Part shown: in pieces, positions 61,635 through 64,000 of the stretch
Numbering within the stretch: the first letter of the stretch is position 1
Layout of the letters: every line of letters begins with the position of its first letter
Assembly (NCBI RefSeq): GCF_006345805.1
Contig: NC_043003.1
Location: 52,576,001 to 52,640,000, forward strand
Source of the DNA: Octopus sinensis
Lineage: Eukaryota
Length of the DNA: 64,000 nucleotides
Direction of reading: 5' to 3'
Position numbers and translations under genes: made by a program
Notes under the pieces: generated by a model
What the model was told of the DNA's origin: nothing
The model's database searches: none
The model's input: only the letters and a program-made list of their open reading frames with translations

Positions 61635-62240
61635 TCATCATCATTGTTTAATGTCCACCTTCCATGCTAGCATGAGTTGGATGGTTTGACAGGAGCTGGC
61701 CAAGTAGAAGACTGTGTGTCTGTTTTGGCTCAGTTTTTACGGCTGGATGTCCTTCCTAACACCAACCAAGCCACAGAGTGGGCTGAGTGCTTATGTGGCA
61801 TCAGCACAAGTGAGATCAGTCTTGGTTTTTACAGCTGGATGCCCTTCCAGATGCCAACCACTTCACAATGTGGACTGAATGCTTTTCACGTGGCACCAGC
61901 ACTGACAGGTCATCGACTAACTTGCAAGATAAAGAACCTTTGAAAGGAGAGGGGGAATTAGAGGAGGTGATTTTGTGTCAGATGATGAAAGGTTATAGTG
62001 AGGCAGAGGAACAGATACAGGTGTCCTGCTGTAGAGGAGATACACAATCAGAGAGAGAGAGAGAGTTAACAAGAATGAAGACAGAAATACGTGTGCCTGC
62101 TGCAAAAGGAAGACATGGTTATCTAACCAGAGGGGAGAGTAAGAGAATTCCTTTCCAATATTCCGAAAAATCATATTTTGAAAAATATTACCTTATTTGG
62201 GAACAGATGTGGGTTAGCAACAAGAAGGACATCTGACTAT
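61635..62240 (-). mobile_element. RTE-related 3' UTR fragment(s)
   Basis: (CAT)n tail and TCCATGCTAGCATG end; 61930-62140 is similar to 7010-7150. Confidence 0.65.
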
Positions 62241-62997
62241 AGAAAACCAGCCTCAACAAACTCTGTCTGACCCATGCAAGCACAGAAAGTGGATGTTAAA
62301 TGCTGATGAAGAAGGCCTGGGTAAAGTTTTTAAAGTGGACCAGCAGTGACTACACCTGCAAGTCTCTATGTTCCATAACATTGCTGATACCCAAGGGAGA
62401 ATGGTAAGAGGGTCAACACAGCTTAGCACCAGTCTCATTGCAGGTATTGCCATCAAAATACATAGTCTCAACTAAAACACAAGGAATCTAGTATAACATT
62501 TTCAGTTTCACTAATCCATTGTTCTGTGCAGGGAGTAAAGTCAGGAGAACTAATGTTCTGGAAAGAGTGGCTTGGATATATTGATATGAGTGAACCTGGA
62601 AACATAATATGGGTGATGAGAGAAAATAATGAGTGAGTTGGGAGTATCTGAATAGATGTGGCATGAGAACAGCAAGCTATTAGGAGCAGAGGTCTCTATT
62701 GCATTGCAGATGTAGGAAAAGCAGAAAAAGGAGACAATATATTTGTAGACCAGAGGTGCTCTTTCTCTGGATGTGTGTGTGTGTGTAACAACAGTACTAT
62801 TTCAGATATAGGAGTAGTACCTCATTCTGTGTTTCACCTGAGCTTTTATGATGCAGTTTCCACTATACTGAAGGCATATATTTGCCAAGAGACATTAACA
62901 GTGATGAATGAGCCTTAGACAAACATAAACAATTCTGTCACAAAAACACAAAATTAGCTGCAACATCAATAGCTCCAAAACTCTATGCTGGGATAAA

Positions 62998-63226
62998 TAT
63001 TGGGTTGTCCGGAAAGTTTGTGCCGTTTTATAGTAGCTTACCTTTCAACTAACCCTCCCAGGCACCTCAATTCTGGGAAGAGGGTATTTTCAAGTTAAAG
63101 GAAAGATGGAGATGCATTGTGCAACAAAATGGTTCATATTTGGTTGATTAAAAATGTAATGGCAAGTATTTATTGTCCTTTTTCTTTCCTTTAAAAATCG
63201 GCATGAACTTTCCGGACAACCCAATA
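62998..63226. mobile_element. Internally deleted mariner element
   Basis: TIRs TATTGGGTTGTCCGGAAAGTT / AACTTTCCGGACAACCCAATA; retains the transposase C-terminus GIFKLKERWRCIVQQNGSY. Confidence 0.85.
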
Positions 63227-63578
63227 CCACCAACAATAAATGCAGCAGAAACAATTACTGCTGCATTCTGACTAAGTCTCTGTTACAGCTACCACTAGGA
63301 TTTATAAGCTTATAGATACAGATATGACTAGAGAGAGAATACATGTCAATTCTTCAATGTACCCATATAATTAACCACTGCATGTTGTAATATGGTGTAT
63401 TGTCCTCAGCTAAGCAGAGATATGGAATAACTGGAACTATAGATATCTGGATGCTTGACTGAATATAACCTCACATCCTTCCACACAGATGTTAACTTAG
63501 ATTACATATTCTTTCAAACTGTTCTTAACCTAGATTACACAATCTTCCACACTTGAATATGAACTTGGATAATATTAC

Positions 63579-64000
63579 CTTTCATAGTGTTGTTGGTTTC
63601 AGCAGCACAACTTTCCTCAGGATTGTTGGTTTGGACACCAGCACAACTTTCCACAGAGTTCTTGGTTTCAACAACACAACGTTCCAACGAGGTGCTAGTT
63701 TGAATGGCAGCACTATCTTCCAAAAAATTCTTAGTTTCAACAGTGGCACAACCTTCCACAATGTTGTTGACTGAGACAGCAACAAAACCTACCATAGGAT
63801 TGTAAGTTTGATCAGCAGTACAGCCTTCTGCAGCGTTCTTAGTTTGGACAACACAATCTTCCACAGAAATGTTGGGCTGGACAGCACAATTTTCCATAGT
63901 ATTCTTCAATTGGACAGTATTACTCCCTGCAGTGTTCTTGGTTTGAAAAACGCAGCCTCCAACAGAATTGTCGGTGTTCATAATACAATCTTCAACAGTT
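63579..64000 (-). CDS. BRCA2: Putative upstream BRCA2 exon (5' end outside window) with 11-12-aa Cys-containing repeats
   Basis: Frame is open to the window edge (TVEDCIMNTDNSVGGCVF...ETNNTMK). Donor AAAG|GTAATA at 63579/63578 is phase 1, matching the phase-1 acceptor of the 59038 exon. No sequence homology recognised, so assignment rests on strand, position and phase. Confidence 0.5.

Overview
Eukaryotic, AT-rich, microsatellite- and transposon-dense genomic DNA, most likely from an octopus or other cephalopod (inferred from the SINE/RTE families as I remember them). One host gene spans almost the whole window on the minus strand: a BRCA2 orthologue. I can build a frame-consistent 8-exon chain (>64000-63579, 59038-58956, 53438-49577, 36291-36211, 31079-30998, 27290-26354, 24204-24026, 6670-6542) that runs from an N-terminal region through the BRC-repeat exon into the helical domain; both gene ends lie outside the window. 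The BRC exon carries an unusual spacer-less tandem array of twelve 35-aa (105-bp) BRC-like repeats, plus a half repeat and two canonical BRCs, and the upstream exon carries an 11-12-aa Cys-containing repeat. The introns hold RTE-clade LINE fragments, CR1-like and CRE-like LINE relics, three tRNA-derived SINE families, Tc1/mariner, hAT-, piggyBac- and Helitron-like non-autonomous elements and Penelope-like pieces. The most notable intronic structures are two perfect fold-back palindromes (101-bp and 130-bp arms), both tied to RTE insertions, a 7-unit tandem amplification of an RTE 3' UTR, a covarying RTE 3' UTR stem-loop, a PHD finger inside the RTE reverse transcriptase and a degenerate minimal hammerhead motif. 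No CRISPR, rRNA or true tRNA gene is supported. TE boundaries are approximate.
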